Origin: a virus
Virus record (IMG/VR): IMGVR_UViG_3300002835_000013
DNA: 64,000 nucleotides
Reading direction: 5' to 3' (one strand)
This document shows, piece after piece, positions 36,491-45,261 of this stretch. The notes below the pieces were generated by a model. It made no database searches, was not told where the DNA came from, and was given only the letters and a program-made list of their open reading frames with translations. Position numbers and translations under genes: made by a program. Each line of letters begins with the position of its first letter. The first letter of the stretch is position 1.

Positions 36491-37485
36491 ACCAAATTTT
36501 CTACAAACTGATCGGTTGCTGCTTCCCATGAGAAATGCTTTGCTCTCGCTACAGCATCTTCTCGTTTGAGATGGAATGCCCTACAAATGGCATGTTCCAG
36601 ATCATCATCAAGATAACCAGACTTGCCTTCTTCAATGATATATTCATTCACATCATTATAAAAAGCAGCAACAGGTAGACCACATGCCATCGCTTCAAGC
36701 ACGACAAGGCCAAATGTATCTGTCATGGATGGCCATGCGAACACATCTTGTACCTGTAATGTTCTAGCGATTTCTTCTGGAGTTTTTCTGCCTAGGAATA
36801 TGGCATCTGGATATTTTGCTTTGTATTCTTCTAACTGTGGACCATCACCAATAATAAACTTCACAATACTTTCATTCGGTATCTTTAGAAATGCTTCTAG
36901 GTTTTTCTCGGCTGATACTCTACCTACATAGATAGCACGAATGACCTTTTCTACTTCCATCTTCTTCCAATTCGGATCGGGTTTGAAAAGGTCAGTATCA
37001 ACACCACGAGACCATAACTTTAGGTTTTTGATACCCAATGAATTACAGTAATCAACCATGGCGGGGGTAGGAACCATAACACAATCGCTGTTTCTATGGA
37101 ACCAACGAAAATACCGACCAGTAATTCTTGGTGGTATATAAGCATGTTCATAAAGATAATCTGGATACTTAGTATGGAACGATGTGGTATAGCGTCGTTT
37201 ATACTTCTTGCAATAATGTCTAGCGGCAAGACCTATGCTTCCTTCTGTTGCTATGTGAATGTGGTTCGCATTCTTCACATATTCATCAGCGATACCCATA
37301 GGCAAAAGTGGCATATAAATGCCCGTTGATGGTTGTAGTGGAACTGTCACCTTGAACATACCAGGATGGACAACTTTTACATCATAACCACGCTTTTCAA
37401 GATGCTTGATTGTCGTCTTTAGTGTAGTGACAACTCCATTGATTTGTGGTTCCCAAGCATCGGTAAAAATTGTAATGTTCGTCAT
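36487..37485 (-). CDS. GT4-family glycosyltransferase
   Basis: TDAW.PQ.NGV, HIATEG, YVGRVS.EKN, TDTFGLV.LEAMACG.PV. Confidence 0.92.
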   Translation of the reverse strand: MTNITIFTDAWEPQINGVVTTLKTTIKHLEKRGYDVKVVHPGMFKVTVPLQPSTGIYMPLLPMGIADEYVKNANHIHIATEGSIGLAARHYCKKYKRRYTTSFHTKYPDYLYEHAYIPPRITGRYFRWFHRNSDCVMVPTPAMVDYCNSLGIKNLKLWSRGVDTDLFKPDPNWKKMEVEKVIRAIYVGRVSAEKNLEAFLKIPNESIVKFIIGDGPQLEEYKAKYPDAIFLGRKTPEEIARTLQVQDVFAWPSMTDTFGLVVLEAMACGLPVAAFYNDVNEYIIEEGKSGYLDDDLEHAICRAFHLKREDAVARAKHFSWEAATDQFVENLV

Positions 37486-38225
37486 CGTCTTATAATCTCA
37501 AACTTTCCATTATAGTGTTCAACAAGTGCGGTGCAGGATTCTACCCAATCGCCGCAGTTCATATACTCAACATCATCAAAAGAACATATATTAGCATGAT
37601 GAATATGACCGCAAACCACACCATCTACGCATCTCCTTTTGGCAGCATCAGCAACTACCTTTTCATAGTCACCAATAAAGTTTACTGCTTCCTTGACATT
37701 TTGTTTCGCCCATGCCGAAAGAGAAAATCCATTGATGCCAAAATAATTATATATGTTCTGTAGATATCTGTTTAGATCAATCATTCTATCATACAACCAA
37801 CCGCCGATAAGAGCAAGCCACTTGGCGTTTGTTGTAATCAAGTCAAACTGATCGCCATGAATTACGAGATATCGCTTACCACTTTCACCATGATGGATAG
37901 TTTCATTCACCAATCTGATATTACCCATCTCGGTGCCAGCATACTCACGAAGAAACTCGTCATGATTGCCAGTTACATAATAGACTTCTACTGACTTCTT
38001 GGATTGCTTTAGAAAGAACTGAATGACTTCGTTATGTGCCTGAGGCCAATAGACTTTGTTTCGCATCATCCATCCGTCAATAATATCACCAACCAAGTAG
38101 TATCTATCGGCTTCGGTTTCTTTGAGAAACTCCAATAGCTTTTCAGCATTGGAGTATTTTGTGCCCAAGTGAACATCTGATATAAAGATAGCACGATACT
38201 TCTTTTTCTCTTTGTTCTTCAACAC
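37482..38225 (-). CDS. LpxH-like metallophosphoesterase
   Basis: SDVHLG, GDI.D, GNHD, HGD, CGHIH, N.GDWVE. Confidence 0.88.
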   Translation of the reverse strand: MLKNKEKKKYRAIFISDVHLGTKYSNAEKLLEFLKETEADRYYLVGDIIDGWMMRNKVYWPQAHNEVIQFFLKQSKKSVEVYYVTGNHDEFLREYAGTEMGNIRLVNETIHHGESGKRYLVIHGDQFDLITTNAKWLALIGGWLYDRMIDLNRYLQNIYNYFGINGFSLSAWAKQNVKEAVNFIGDYEKVVADAAKRRCVDGVVCGHIHHANICSFDDVEYMNCGDWVESCTALVEHYNGKFEIIRR

Positions 38226-38390
38226 CGCTCCTTTGGTTAGAAGGCAAGACTATTTATAAAGCTGAAAACAAAAGGGCAGTAATCGTGATAAGCATGACTA
38301 ATGAGAATGCCCAGTTAGTTGCCAGTCCTATCATACCAAAGATTGTGATTAGTATGATGAGAGACATGATGGTGCGAAACTTTTCGTCGG

Positions 38391-38795
38391 TCACGGAACA
38401 ATCCTAATAGTTGTGTTTGGATCATGCTTTACAATTTCATATAGAGTGGCAGCATTAGCAGGATGTAGCCTGACACAGCCATGAGAAGCAGGCCGACCAA
38501 GATTGCCAACATGGGGAGTAGCATGAATGGCATATCCACCAGAGAAGAAAATAGAGTTCGGCATAGGTGCATTATCATACTTCTTTGAGTAATGCATTCT
38601 CTGTAGAGAATACGGATGAAATGTGCCAGTTGGTGTATAAAAGCCCTTACGAGCCGTAGACACAGGCCACTGATAAGAACCATAATCACTATCAACCTGC
38701 ATCATCTGGTGAGACTTGCTAACAGTGATATTGGTTTCAGCAAACGCCGGTGTAGTCAGCAACGTTACGAGGGCTAGACTTAGCAACTTCTTCAT
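38391..38795 (-). CDS. L,D-transpeptidase (YkuD family), secreted
   Basis: Signal peptide; WPVST, MP..., AIH...LG.PASHGCVRL. Confidence 0.92.
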   Translation of the reverse strand: MKKLLSLALVTLLTTPAFAETNITVSKSHQMMQVDSDYGSYQWPVSTARKGFYTPTGTFHPYSLQRMHYSKKYDNAPMPNSIFFSGGYAIHATPHVGNLGRPASHGCVRLHPANAATLYEIVKHDPNTTIRIVP

Positions 38796-39039
38796 TCTCT
38801 TTCTCCTTCACAGTAAGTTCAAGTGGTACAACAAACTTTTGCCATGCCATAAAATCCTTATTAGATTCTTTTATGGCATATATGATATGTGGTTGATAGT
38901 TTTTCCGATCAAAATACTGTGACACAACCAAAAGATCATCTACTGTATAGTTGCGTAGATGATCCCTTTTCATCATGTTATCAAGTTCTTCTCTGGTATT
39001 GATAACTCTTGCCTTGAATGATAGTTCTATTTGACTCAT
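38737..39039 (-). CDS. Hypothetical protein
   Basis: ORF with RBS. Confidence 0.5.
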   Translation of the reverse strand: MSQIELSFKARVINTREELDNMMKRDHLRNYTVDDLLVVSQYFDRKNYQPHIIYAIKESNKDFMAWQKFVVPLELTVKEKENEEVAKSSPRNVADYTGVC

Positions 39040-39050
39040 TTACTTCTCCA

Positions 39051-39278
39051 TTAGCATGTAATCTTACCAGGACATTTGTCGTGCGGACAAACATATCCCA
39101 TAGGTAATAGTCTGCCAAGACCATCTGTAAAAGAAATACCACAGATTTTACATTTCACTTCGCCATAATCAGTTGGAAGTTGGTGTTGAGAAGGGACCGT
39201 CCAGTCCCTCCATAGTTTTCCTATTTCCATACCATCACGAATACCTTGTTTGTATCCTTCTTTCCAATCTTCGCTCAT
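39051..39278 (-). CDS. Small Zn-ribbon protein
   Basis: CKIC...MGYVCP...CP. Confidence 0.55.
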   Translation of the reverse strand: MSEDWKEGYKQGIRDGMEIGKLWRDWTVPSQHQLPTDYGEVKCKICGISFTDGLGRLLPMGYVCPHDKCPGKITC

Positions 39279-41167
39279 ATTTCACAACTTCCTGAGGTAC
39301 AAGCCAAAGTCTGAACACCTTCAACATTATCTTCCATTTCAACCAGAGAGTCCCAATCGAGAGACTTTGGAATAGATGGTAGCATTAGATTATAAAGGTC
39401 TTCGGTGATTTCCTCATATGGTGCCTGACGATATGAACCACCATCATGTGGCAAGAATGATACGCCAGACATTTCATCAAAATGACGATACACCCACGCA
39501 CCAACATCCATCCATTCATGCTCTCTTACATTGATGGTAACGGATGGCTTGTGTTCGCACCATGCCTCCTGATATACTGCCCAAAGTTCAAGGTGCTTGA
39601 TGGCGTCAATGTCGTCTCTAACGACAGCGCCCTTTGGCGCTTTCATTGGGAATGAGAAGACAGTTGTGGATTCTGGCTTCATAACATCTGGTTCCCATGG
39701 CACACCCTTGTCCTTCATAAACCGTGTGAGAGGATCTTTATTATCAGCCCGAACACGACGAATATAGAAGTTAGAATGGCGAGGATGGATACCACTGGCC
39801 GAATCGCATAGTTGAGATACAGTACCAGAAGGTTTAACGCAAGTAATAGCAGCAGCGGGATTGATTCCAAGAGTAGTTGCGAGTCCATTGTTTACCTCAA
39901 TAGCAAAGTCACGGAGAGAAGCAAGACGCTCCTTGATGCCTTTGTCTTCTGGATTGTTGAATAGTTTGGAGTCATAGATGCCTGTGAGAGATACACCAAG
40001 TAGTCTTTCTTCCTCAGCATTCTTCTGCCAAATCTTTCTTAGGTAGGGAAAATCCGTAAGAGTAGACTGAAAAGTACCAAGGATAGTCGCAATCTCAATT
40101 TTGTCACGAATAGTTTCCATGGTGTCTCCGGCTCTAATAACAACCTCGGTAAGATTACAAAAGCCATACGGTCTAAGGATGATTTCAGAGCATGGGTTTG
40201 TTCCAAAAAGTTGGTCAGCATTTCTGCGGCCATTTCGCTTTGCGATTTTCTGACATGCTTCACGACTGAATAGACCTCTCTCACCCGACTTGGAATCATA
40301 TAGTGCTAGCCACTCGGACATGAATGATCCGATTTCCGGCTTCTCGTTATAGACCGCAGAGTTGTTAGACAATGCTCGCTGTGGATTTGCTTCCCACCAA
40401 GCACCTGCCTTAGCATGTCTCATACGATCATCGGAAAGATTAGACAAGGAAATCATAGCAGAACGGCGAACACCACCGACTACCACAACCTCTCCGATTT
40501 TACACATAATATCATGGCACTCTAAGGATGTCAAGCGGCGTCCATGAGCATTCCTGAAAATCTTTACAACAAACTTGAACAGTTCGGAAAGTGGACCAGG
40601 ACCAGAAGAACGACCGCCAAATGTCTTTAGTGGAGCACCAGCAGGACGAACCTTTGTTAGGTCCCACTTTGGAACTTCACCAGCATAAAGAAGTGAGATA
40701 AGCATACGAAGTGCCTTTGCCCAACCTTCCTTAGAATCACGAACAGAAATGATAGTTTCGGAATCAAATAGTTTTTCTGGAATCTCTGGTAGCTGATTGA
40801 TAAACTGGCGCTCAACAGAGAAGCCAACACCAGTGCCACAAAGAAGAATAAACATTGCTTCGTCAAATGCCTTAGGATCATCAACAGGCAAAAACGAACA
40901 GTTATAACCACAAGTGTTATCACGCTCTAATGCCTTGCCAGCAGTCATCAAGGCACGCATAGAAGGCATAACCTTGAGGTCATACATGGCGTTATAGAGA
41001 CGAGGACGAATGTCTTTGATGTTGTAGTTGTATTTGCTTTGGAGATGATTCTCCATGAAGTCTAGGTATCTATTGATAGTCTCGCCCCAGTTCTCACGGC
41101 GATTTAGTTCTGGTAGGTATCTTGAGTATCTGCTTTTGTAAATAAATTCCTGATAAAGTGATTCCAT
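39275..41167 (-). CDS. nrdJ: Class II (B12-dependent) ribonucleotide reductase
   Basis: PSMR, NC, GTGVGFS, GGVRRSA, TNPCSEI, CNLTE, KPSGTVS, C-terminal CxxxxC. Confidence 0.95.
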   Translation of the reverse strand: MESLYQEFIYKSRYSRYLPELNRRENWGETINRYLDFMENHLQSKYNYNIKDIRPRLYNAMYDLKVMPSMRALMTAGKALERDNTCGYNCSFLPVDDPKAFDEAMFILLCGTGVGFSVERQFINQLPEIPEKLFDSETIISVRDSKEGWAKALRMLISLLYAGEVPKWDLTKVRPAGAPLKTFGGRSSGPGPLSELFKFVVKIFRNAHGRRLTSLECHDIMCKIGEVVVVGGVRRSAMISLSNLSDDRMRHAKAGAWWEANPQRALSNNSAVYNEKPEIGSFMSEWLALYDSKSGERGLFSREACQKIAKRNGRRNADQLFGTNPCSEIILRPYGFCNLTEVVIRAGDTMETIRDKIEIATILGTFQSTLTDFPYLRKIWQKNAEEERLLGVSLTGIYDSKLFNNPEDKGIKERLASLRDFAIEVNNGLATTLGINPAAAITCVKPSGTVSQLCDSASGIHPRHSNFYIRRVRADNKDPLTRFMKDKGVPWEPDVMKPESTTVFSFPMKAPKGAVVRDDIDAIKHLELWAVYQEAWCEHKPSVTINVREHEWMDVGAWVYRHFDEMSGVSFLPHDGGSYRQAPYEEITEDLYNLMLPSIPKSLDWDSLVEMEDNVEGVQTLACTSGSCEI

Positions 41168-41382
41168 TATTCTTCCTCTTTCTTATTCGTATATACTATC
41201 TGCTCATCTTTAGGTTTCTCAATACGATTGATCACTTTATATGGAGCATTACTGACACATTTGTTTGAATGTTCCATATACATATATTCCCAACCACTGT
41301 TCTTTGTCAACTTTGCAATAGTTAGTTTCTGTGATCTCTCATACTGGATGACCCAATAGAATCCTGGAGTATAGTTACTCAT
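41167..41382 (-). CDS. Hypothetical protein bracketed by 20-nt direct repeats
   Basis: Coupled ORF ending KKEEE. Confidence 0.55.
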   Translation of the reverse strand: MSNYTPGFYWVIQYERSQKLTIAKLTKNSGWEYMYMEHSNKCVSNAPYKVINRIEKPKDEQIVYTNKKEEE

Positions 41383-41567
41383 TATTCTTCCTCTTTCTTT
41401 TCCATTTCCATAATCTGTTTATACTGTTTCAGACCTTCTTCCTTGCCGTGAATAGCTTGAAGGTCTTTGTGTAAGTCGCTATCACTATATTCTCGTCTAT
41501 ACTTTTTATATGTTTTGTTCGCCTCTGAAATCGTTTGGTCAAGTTTTGTCAATGCTTCGTCAATCAT
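41382..41567 (-). CDS. Hypothetical protein
   Basis: Coupled ORF ending KKEEE. Confidence 0.55.
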   Translation of the reverse strand: MIDEALTKLDQTISEANKTYKKYRREYSDSDLHKDLQAIHGKEEGLKQYKQIMEMEKKEEE

Positions 41568-41794
41568 GACCGAAATTCCTTGCGATTTGCGATTCTCGTC
41601 AGATCCTCATATGAATAAGATGTTGGTTGTCCCCAACCTTTTTCCATTCTTTTGTGGATGACTATGATAGTATCATTTGTCATACCAATACTTCTTCTAA
41701 ACTCAAATAGAATGTCTAAACATTTTCTATCAGGATCACTGTAATAGTTCTTTAGATATTCTGCCGCATCCCTCATAACATTAGGATCAATCAT
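41564..41794 (-). CDS. Hypothetical protein bracketed by 12-nt direct repeats
   Basis: ATGA-coupled to thyX stop. Confidence 0.55.
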   Translation of the reverse strand: MIDPNVMRDAAEYLKNYYSDPDRKCLDILFEFRRSIGMTNDTIIVIHKRMEKGWGQPTSYSYEDLTRIANRKEFRS

Positions 41795-42603
41795 GACCAA
41801 AACTTCCACCAAGGTTTCTTTTCAATGAGAGGTACCTCAACAAATTTATTATCCCAATAATCCCAAAGAGAAGGAAAGTGCATTAGAATTTGCTCTTGTG
41901 CGGAAAGAGCAACCTGACGGTGTTCCTTCTGTGTGCCTGGTTCGGCTCTAACGTCAATGTAATGAATCCAAGAACGAAGTGTCCCTGACATATATAGACG
42001 GGTTGTGGTTAGACCTTCTGGTAGAATTGCTCTGGCTTGTTCTTTGGCCATGCCCCAACTTATAGCGTTTTTATAACGCTCTTTAGCAAGATCAGTTATT
42101 TCTTCCTGAACACTATTCCATTGAAACTTTAGACCGGAAGCATCGATATCTCCAATAGACGAAGAAATCGTTTCATCTGTAATCTCAATACTATTCTGAC
42201 GATTCTTGGCATCCTGTAGTCTTGCTTCTCTCGTTACAAACTGCATGTCCTTAGTAGGATCAGCATAACGCTGGCTAAACTCTTGGAATGAGAATGAACG
42301 ATGGCGAATGATCTGGTGAGAGATATCACGGGTTGTATTGATTTCCATTGTGATAGACACCATCTCAAAAGGACTCCAGTGCTTATGTTCAATGAGGTAC
42401 TTTAGAAGTTTTGGTGCGGTTAGTGTGTTGTGTTGATTAGATGGATTAGATACTCTTGCCGTGTAGGCGATAAACTCTTCGGCAGACATATCTTTTTGAT
42501 AACTAGATGTATGATTTCTGCCTGTTGCTTTACAAAATTTAGTCTGTTCAACAGTAGTTTTCATAAGCGGTTGTGTAATAGCAATAATCTTAGCGTCGTT
42601 CAT
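41791..42603 (-). CDS. thyX: Flavin-dependent thymidylate synthase
   Basis: HWSPFE, RHRSFSFQEFSQRY, EQAR..LP, LRSW.H. Confidence 0.96.
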   Translation of the reverse strand: MNDAKIIAITQPLMKTTVEQTKFCKATGRNHTSSYQKDMSAEEFIAYTARVSNPSNQHNTLTAPKLLKYLIEHKHWSPFEMVSITMEINTTRDISHQIIRHRSFSFQEFSQRYADPTKDMQFVTREARLQDAKNRQNSIEITDETISSSIGDIDASGLKFQWNSVQEEITDLAKERYKNAISWGMAKEQARAILPEGLTTTRLYMSGTLRSWIHYIDVRAEPGTQKEHRQVALSAQEQILMHFPSLWDYWDNKFVEVPLIEKKPWWKFWS

Positions 42604-42784
42604 TCTTTATGTCCTCAATCAATTCTGCCATTTCTTCAATTAGTTTAGGTAATAATACAAAAGCAGCGCCCCATGTATGTTTATTCATAAGGTGCTTATA
42701 ACGCTTCACATATTCGTGTGGTGATATATGTTTTAGTTCTTGTTCAACCCACTTAGCATCATAGATGATCTTAGCGTCGTTCAT
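42590..42784 (-). CDS. Hypothetical protein starting with a copy of the ThyX N-terminus (MNDAKII)
   Basis: ATGA-coupled to primase stop; 17-nt repeat. Confidence 0.55.
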   Translation of the reverse strand: MNDAKIIYDAKWVEQELKHISPHEYVKRYKHLMNKHTWGAAFVLLPKLIEEMAELIEDIKNERR

Positions 42785-43785
42785 ACTCTGCTCCACTGGT
42801 TCATTTTCATTGTCGCTTCTAATCCTGCAAAGGTATTAGTATCTATGATGTGCTGGATATGGGAAGGATGCATTCCTGCCAATACCATTTCATTGATATC
42901 TTTCTCTTTGATATCCGTAGGCCATACACAAATCTTTCTACCCATGTCGATTGTCTTCCGCATGTTGCTTACGATTTGCTTGTTTCGAGGTTCATTATCA
43001 TAGACGAAAACATAGTCGTAGTCAAGACCTACGATACTAGCCGCAACATACAAACTTGCATCCATAGTAGCCAGGCTATTGTCAATAAAAAGAGAGTCGA
43101 TGGGACCCTCAACCACATACATAGTGCGACTAACATCAACTCTATCCCAACCAAATATCTTAGGAACTGTTTCATCTGCCTTGATCGTTATGTATTTGAT
43201 TTTGGAAGGACCGATTGCTCGACCTTGAACGCCTAGAAGATTGCCTTCTTTGTCATGGAAAGGAATGATGATGCGTTCTTCTTTATATAGTTGTTTGTCG
43301 TTTTCAGGAAATAGGTCCTTGACAAACTTTGAGAAGTCGTCCGTATAGAATAGATGGTCGATAGGAACTTTTCTATCTTCCATATACTTTCTGGCATGAT
43401 GCTTTGGACTCAACTCCGAAAGTTTGGTGGTTACAATAGTCTTAGGCTTGGAAACAAACACAGGCTTGGACACAAAGTCATTTACATCCACTTTGGTGTT
43501 TGTTGTATTGGACTGAACAAACGATTCCAACTGATACTCATTATAGAGAACAGGATCCACATAGCGAATGAACTTAGACAACGCCATAGTGGAACCGCAG
43601 TTATGACACATAAAGCCAAAGTGTTCCTTTCGCTTATAGATGTAACCACGGGTCTTGATTTTGTTCTTTTGGGAATCGCCACAAACTGGACAACGGAAGT
43701 TCCATAAAAATTCTCCCCGCTGCTTGAACTGTGAAAGTTTAGGAGCGAGGAGAGAAATATACTTTTTATCGATGTATACCGACAT
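42781..43785 (-). CDS. gp61: DNA primase gp61
   Basis: NFRCPVCGDS..., CHNCG, RIIIPF, QGR, EGPIDS, DNEPRN, KDINEM. Confidence 0.96.
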   Translation of the reverse strand: MSVYIDKKYISLLAPKLSQFKQRGEFLWNFRCPVCGDSQKNKIKTRGYIYKRKEHFGFMCHNCGSTMALSKFIRYVDPVLYNEYQLESFVQSNTTNTKVDVNDFVSKPVFVSKPKTIVTTKLSELSPKHHARKYMEDRKVPIDHLFYTDDFSKFVKDLFPENDKQLYKEERIIIPFHDKEGNLLGVQGRAIGPSKIKYITIKADETVPKIFGWDRVDVSRTMYVVEGPIDSLFIDNSLATMDASLYVAASIVGLDYDYVFVYDNEPRNKQIVSNMRKTIDMGRKICVWPTDIKEKDINEMVLAGMHPSHIQHIIDTNTFAGLEATMKMNQWSRV

Positions 43786-43841
43786 AGATCACCTGTTCAT
43801 AATGAAGTTCTATTCTATATTATCCTTGACGCTGTGTCAAG

Positions 43842-44186
43842 TTATTTCTTTAGGTATGGCTTCATTTGTTGGAGAACTTCCCTTAGACTATCGATTTCCT
43901 TTCTAAGGTCTTGACGGTCATTGTCCACTACAGGAATACGAGAATCCAACTTTGACTTGATGGAATCTACGGTTTCTTCTATGCGAGTTACCTTTGTTTC
44001 AAGGTAAGTTACTTTTTGTTGAAGTTCCAGGTCCTTCATTTTGAAGTCGCCAATGGTCATAAAGTAGGCAGCAATAAGACCACCCACCGCAATAATGGCG
44101 GTGATAAAGTGTGGAACTTTCTCTACGATACCACCAACCGCATCATTATCGTCGTTGGTGTTGTTGTTAACCATTGTTGCTTCCAT
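43842..44186 (-). CDS. Single-TM coiled-coil membrane protein
   Basis: Hydrophobic helix followed by coiled coil. Confidence 0.55.
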   Translation of the reverse strand: MEATMVNNNTNDDNDAVGGIVEKVPHFITAIIAVGGLIAAYFMTIGDFKMKDLELQQKVTYLETKVTRIEETVDSIKSKLDSRIPVVDNDRQDLRKEIDSLREVLQQMKPYLKK

Positions 44187-44203
44187 TCCTTTTCTTGTCC
44201 TGT

Positions 44204-44623
44204 CTATCTCTTCTTGGGATAGCGAGCATAACACATTTCACCGGTGCTTTCATTTCTCAATACAATCCCTCTCCCAGGATTCTTTGCGGCATATTCTCTA
44301 ATCTCGGCAAAACAATCATCTTCATCTAGGTACTTGCGCCAATGTTTACCTCTGCGCTTTTCCATCTTGGCATTATGAAAAACTTTTGATGACACCTCGA
44401 AGACAACCGAACCAGCAAATGTTTCACAATCTTCTACAATAGGATTTGGTGCTTTTCTTCTAAGCATATTTATAACGACAGGTGTAGGAGTTGATTTCTC
44501 ATTACGCTGTCTTCTTCTTTGTGCTTTCTTAGAAACACCAGGTTCGCCCATTGGTCCGATACCTGCACCGGCGATGGCACCAGAACCTACATTGTTTGTC
44601 GGCGCATCTTCTTTGATTGTCAT
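44204..44623 (-). CDS. Conserved hypothetical (probable head-associated) protein
   Basis: EDAPTN..G.G.IAG start; W..Y....IR.Y...NP...I.L.N..TG. Confidence 0.65.
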   Translation of the reverse strand: MTIKEDAPTNNVGSGAIAGAGIGPMGEPGVSKKAQRRRQRNEKSTPTPVVINMLRRKAPNPIVEDCETFAGSVVFEVSSKVFHNAKMEKRRGKHWRKYLDEDDCFAEIREYAAKNPGRGIVLRNESTGEMCYARYPKKR

Positions 44624-45006
44624 ATTTTCCTCAATCTATCTGCTATGGATAAATCCACAGGTATTTCTTCTTGCCTGACATAGTATTTATCAAACGAAGC
44701 CTTTAGATGGTCGGGCATATAGTTCAAATATATCAGTATTGTTTTCAGAACAGGATAATCTTCTTGATCTATTTTGTAAAATAGCATATTGACGGTGGGT
44801 TCAACACCAAAGACATTGGCTAGAATGATAACGTGGTTTAGAACAAGTCTCTCCTTGAACTCACCAGTTTGTTTATACTTTCTCAAAAGGCGCTTGATAT
44901 ACTTGATGCGCTTTAGATCGTCCTCAAACTCCGATTGGATGATGTGAGGACGATCATAGCATTTCGCCGCATATATCAAGAAGTTTCCATCATTTAGATC
45001 AAGCAT
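44620..45006 (-). CDS. Conserved hypothetical T4-like protein
   Basis: NF..YA.K.Y..P...EF..DLKR.KY.KRL...ERL.LNH.I.L.NVFG. Confidence 0.8.
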   Translation of the reverse strand: MLDLNDGNFLIYAAKCYDRPHIIQSEFEDDLKRIKYIKRLLRKYKQTGEFKERLVLNHVIILANVFGVEPTVNMLFYKIDQEDYPVLKTILIYLNYMPDHLKASFDKYYVRQEEIPVDLSIADRLRKI

Positions 45007-45009
45007 TAC

Positions 45010-45261
45010 TTAGTTCTTACTTCGTTTCATTTCCTTCATGATCTTATACTGATAATGCCTATTAGAATGATTATACAATCTTCTATAGAACATTTCGATT
45101 ATTGTCTTGGCAGTTGTTCCCTCAAATAACGATGGTATAAGACCATGAACAATAGAAGCAATACCTGTGCCTATTAGGATGAAGCCAGCATATACGGCCC
45201 ATTTGAGGTGAGCCGTATATGTAGTATTACTTTCTTTTAGATGATCACTTATTTTCTTCAC
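45010..45261 (-). CDS. Small hydrophobic conserved protein
   Basis: HL......Y..H...A......H..IP..F..T; probable GTG start. Confidence 0.6.
   Translation of the reverse strand: MKKISDHLKESNTTYTAHLKWAVYAGFILIGTGIASIVHGLIPSLFEGTTAKTIIEMFYRRLYNHSNRHYQYKIMKEMKRSKN

Noticed and set aside
39275-43785. Inteins or introns in nrdJ, thyX or primase
   Set aside because: ORFs are continuous and of normal length; the short ThyX insertions lack intein motifs
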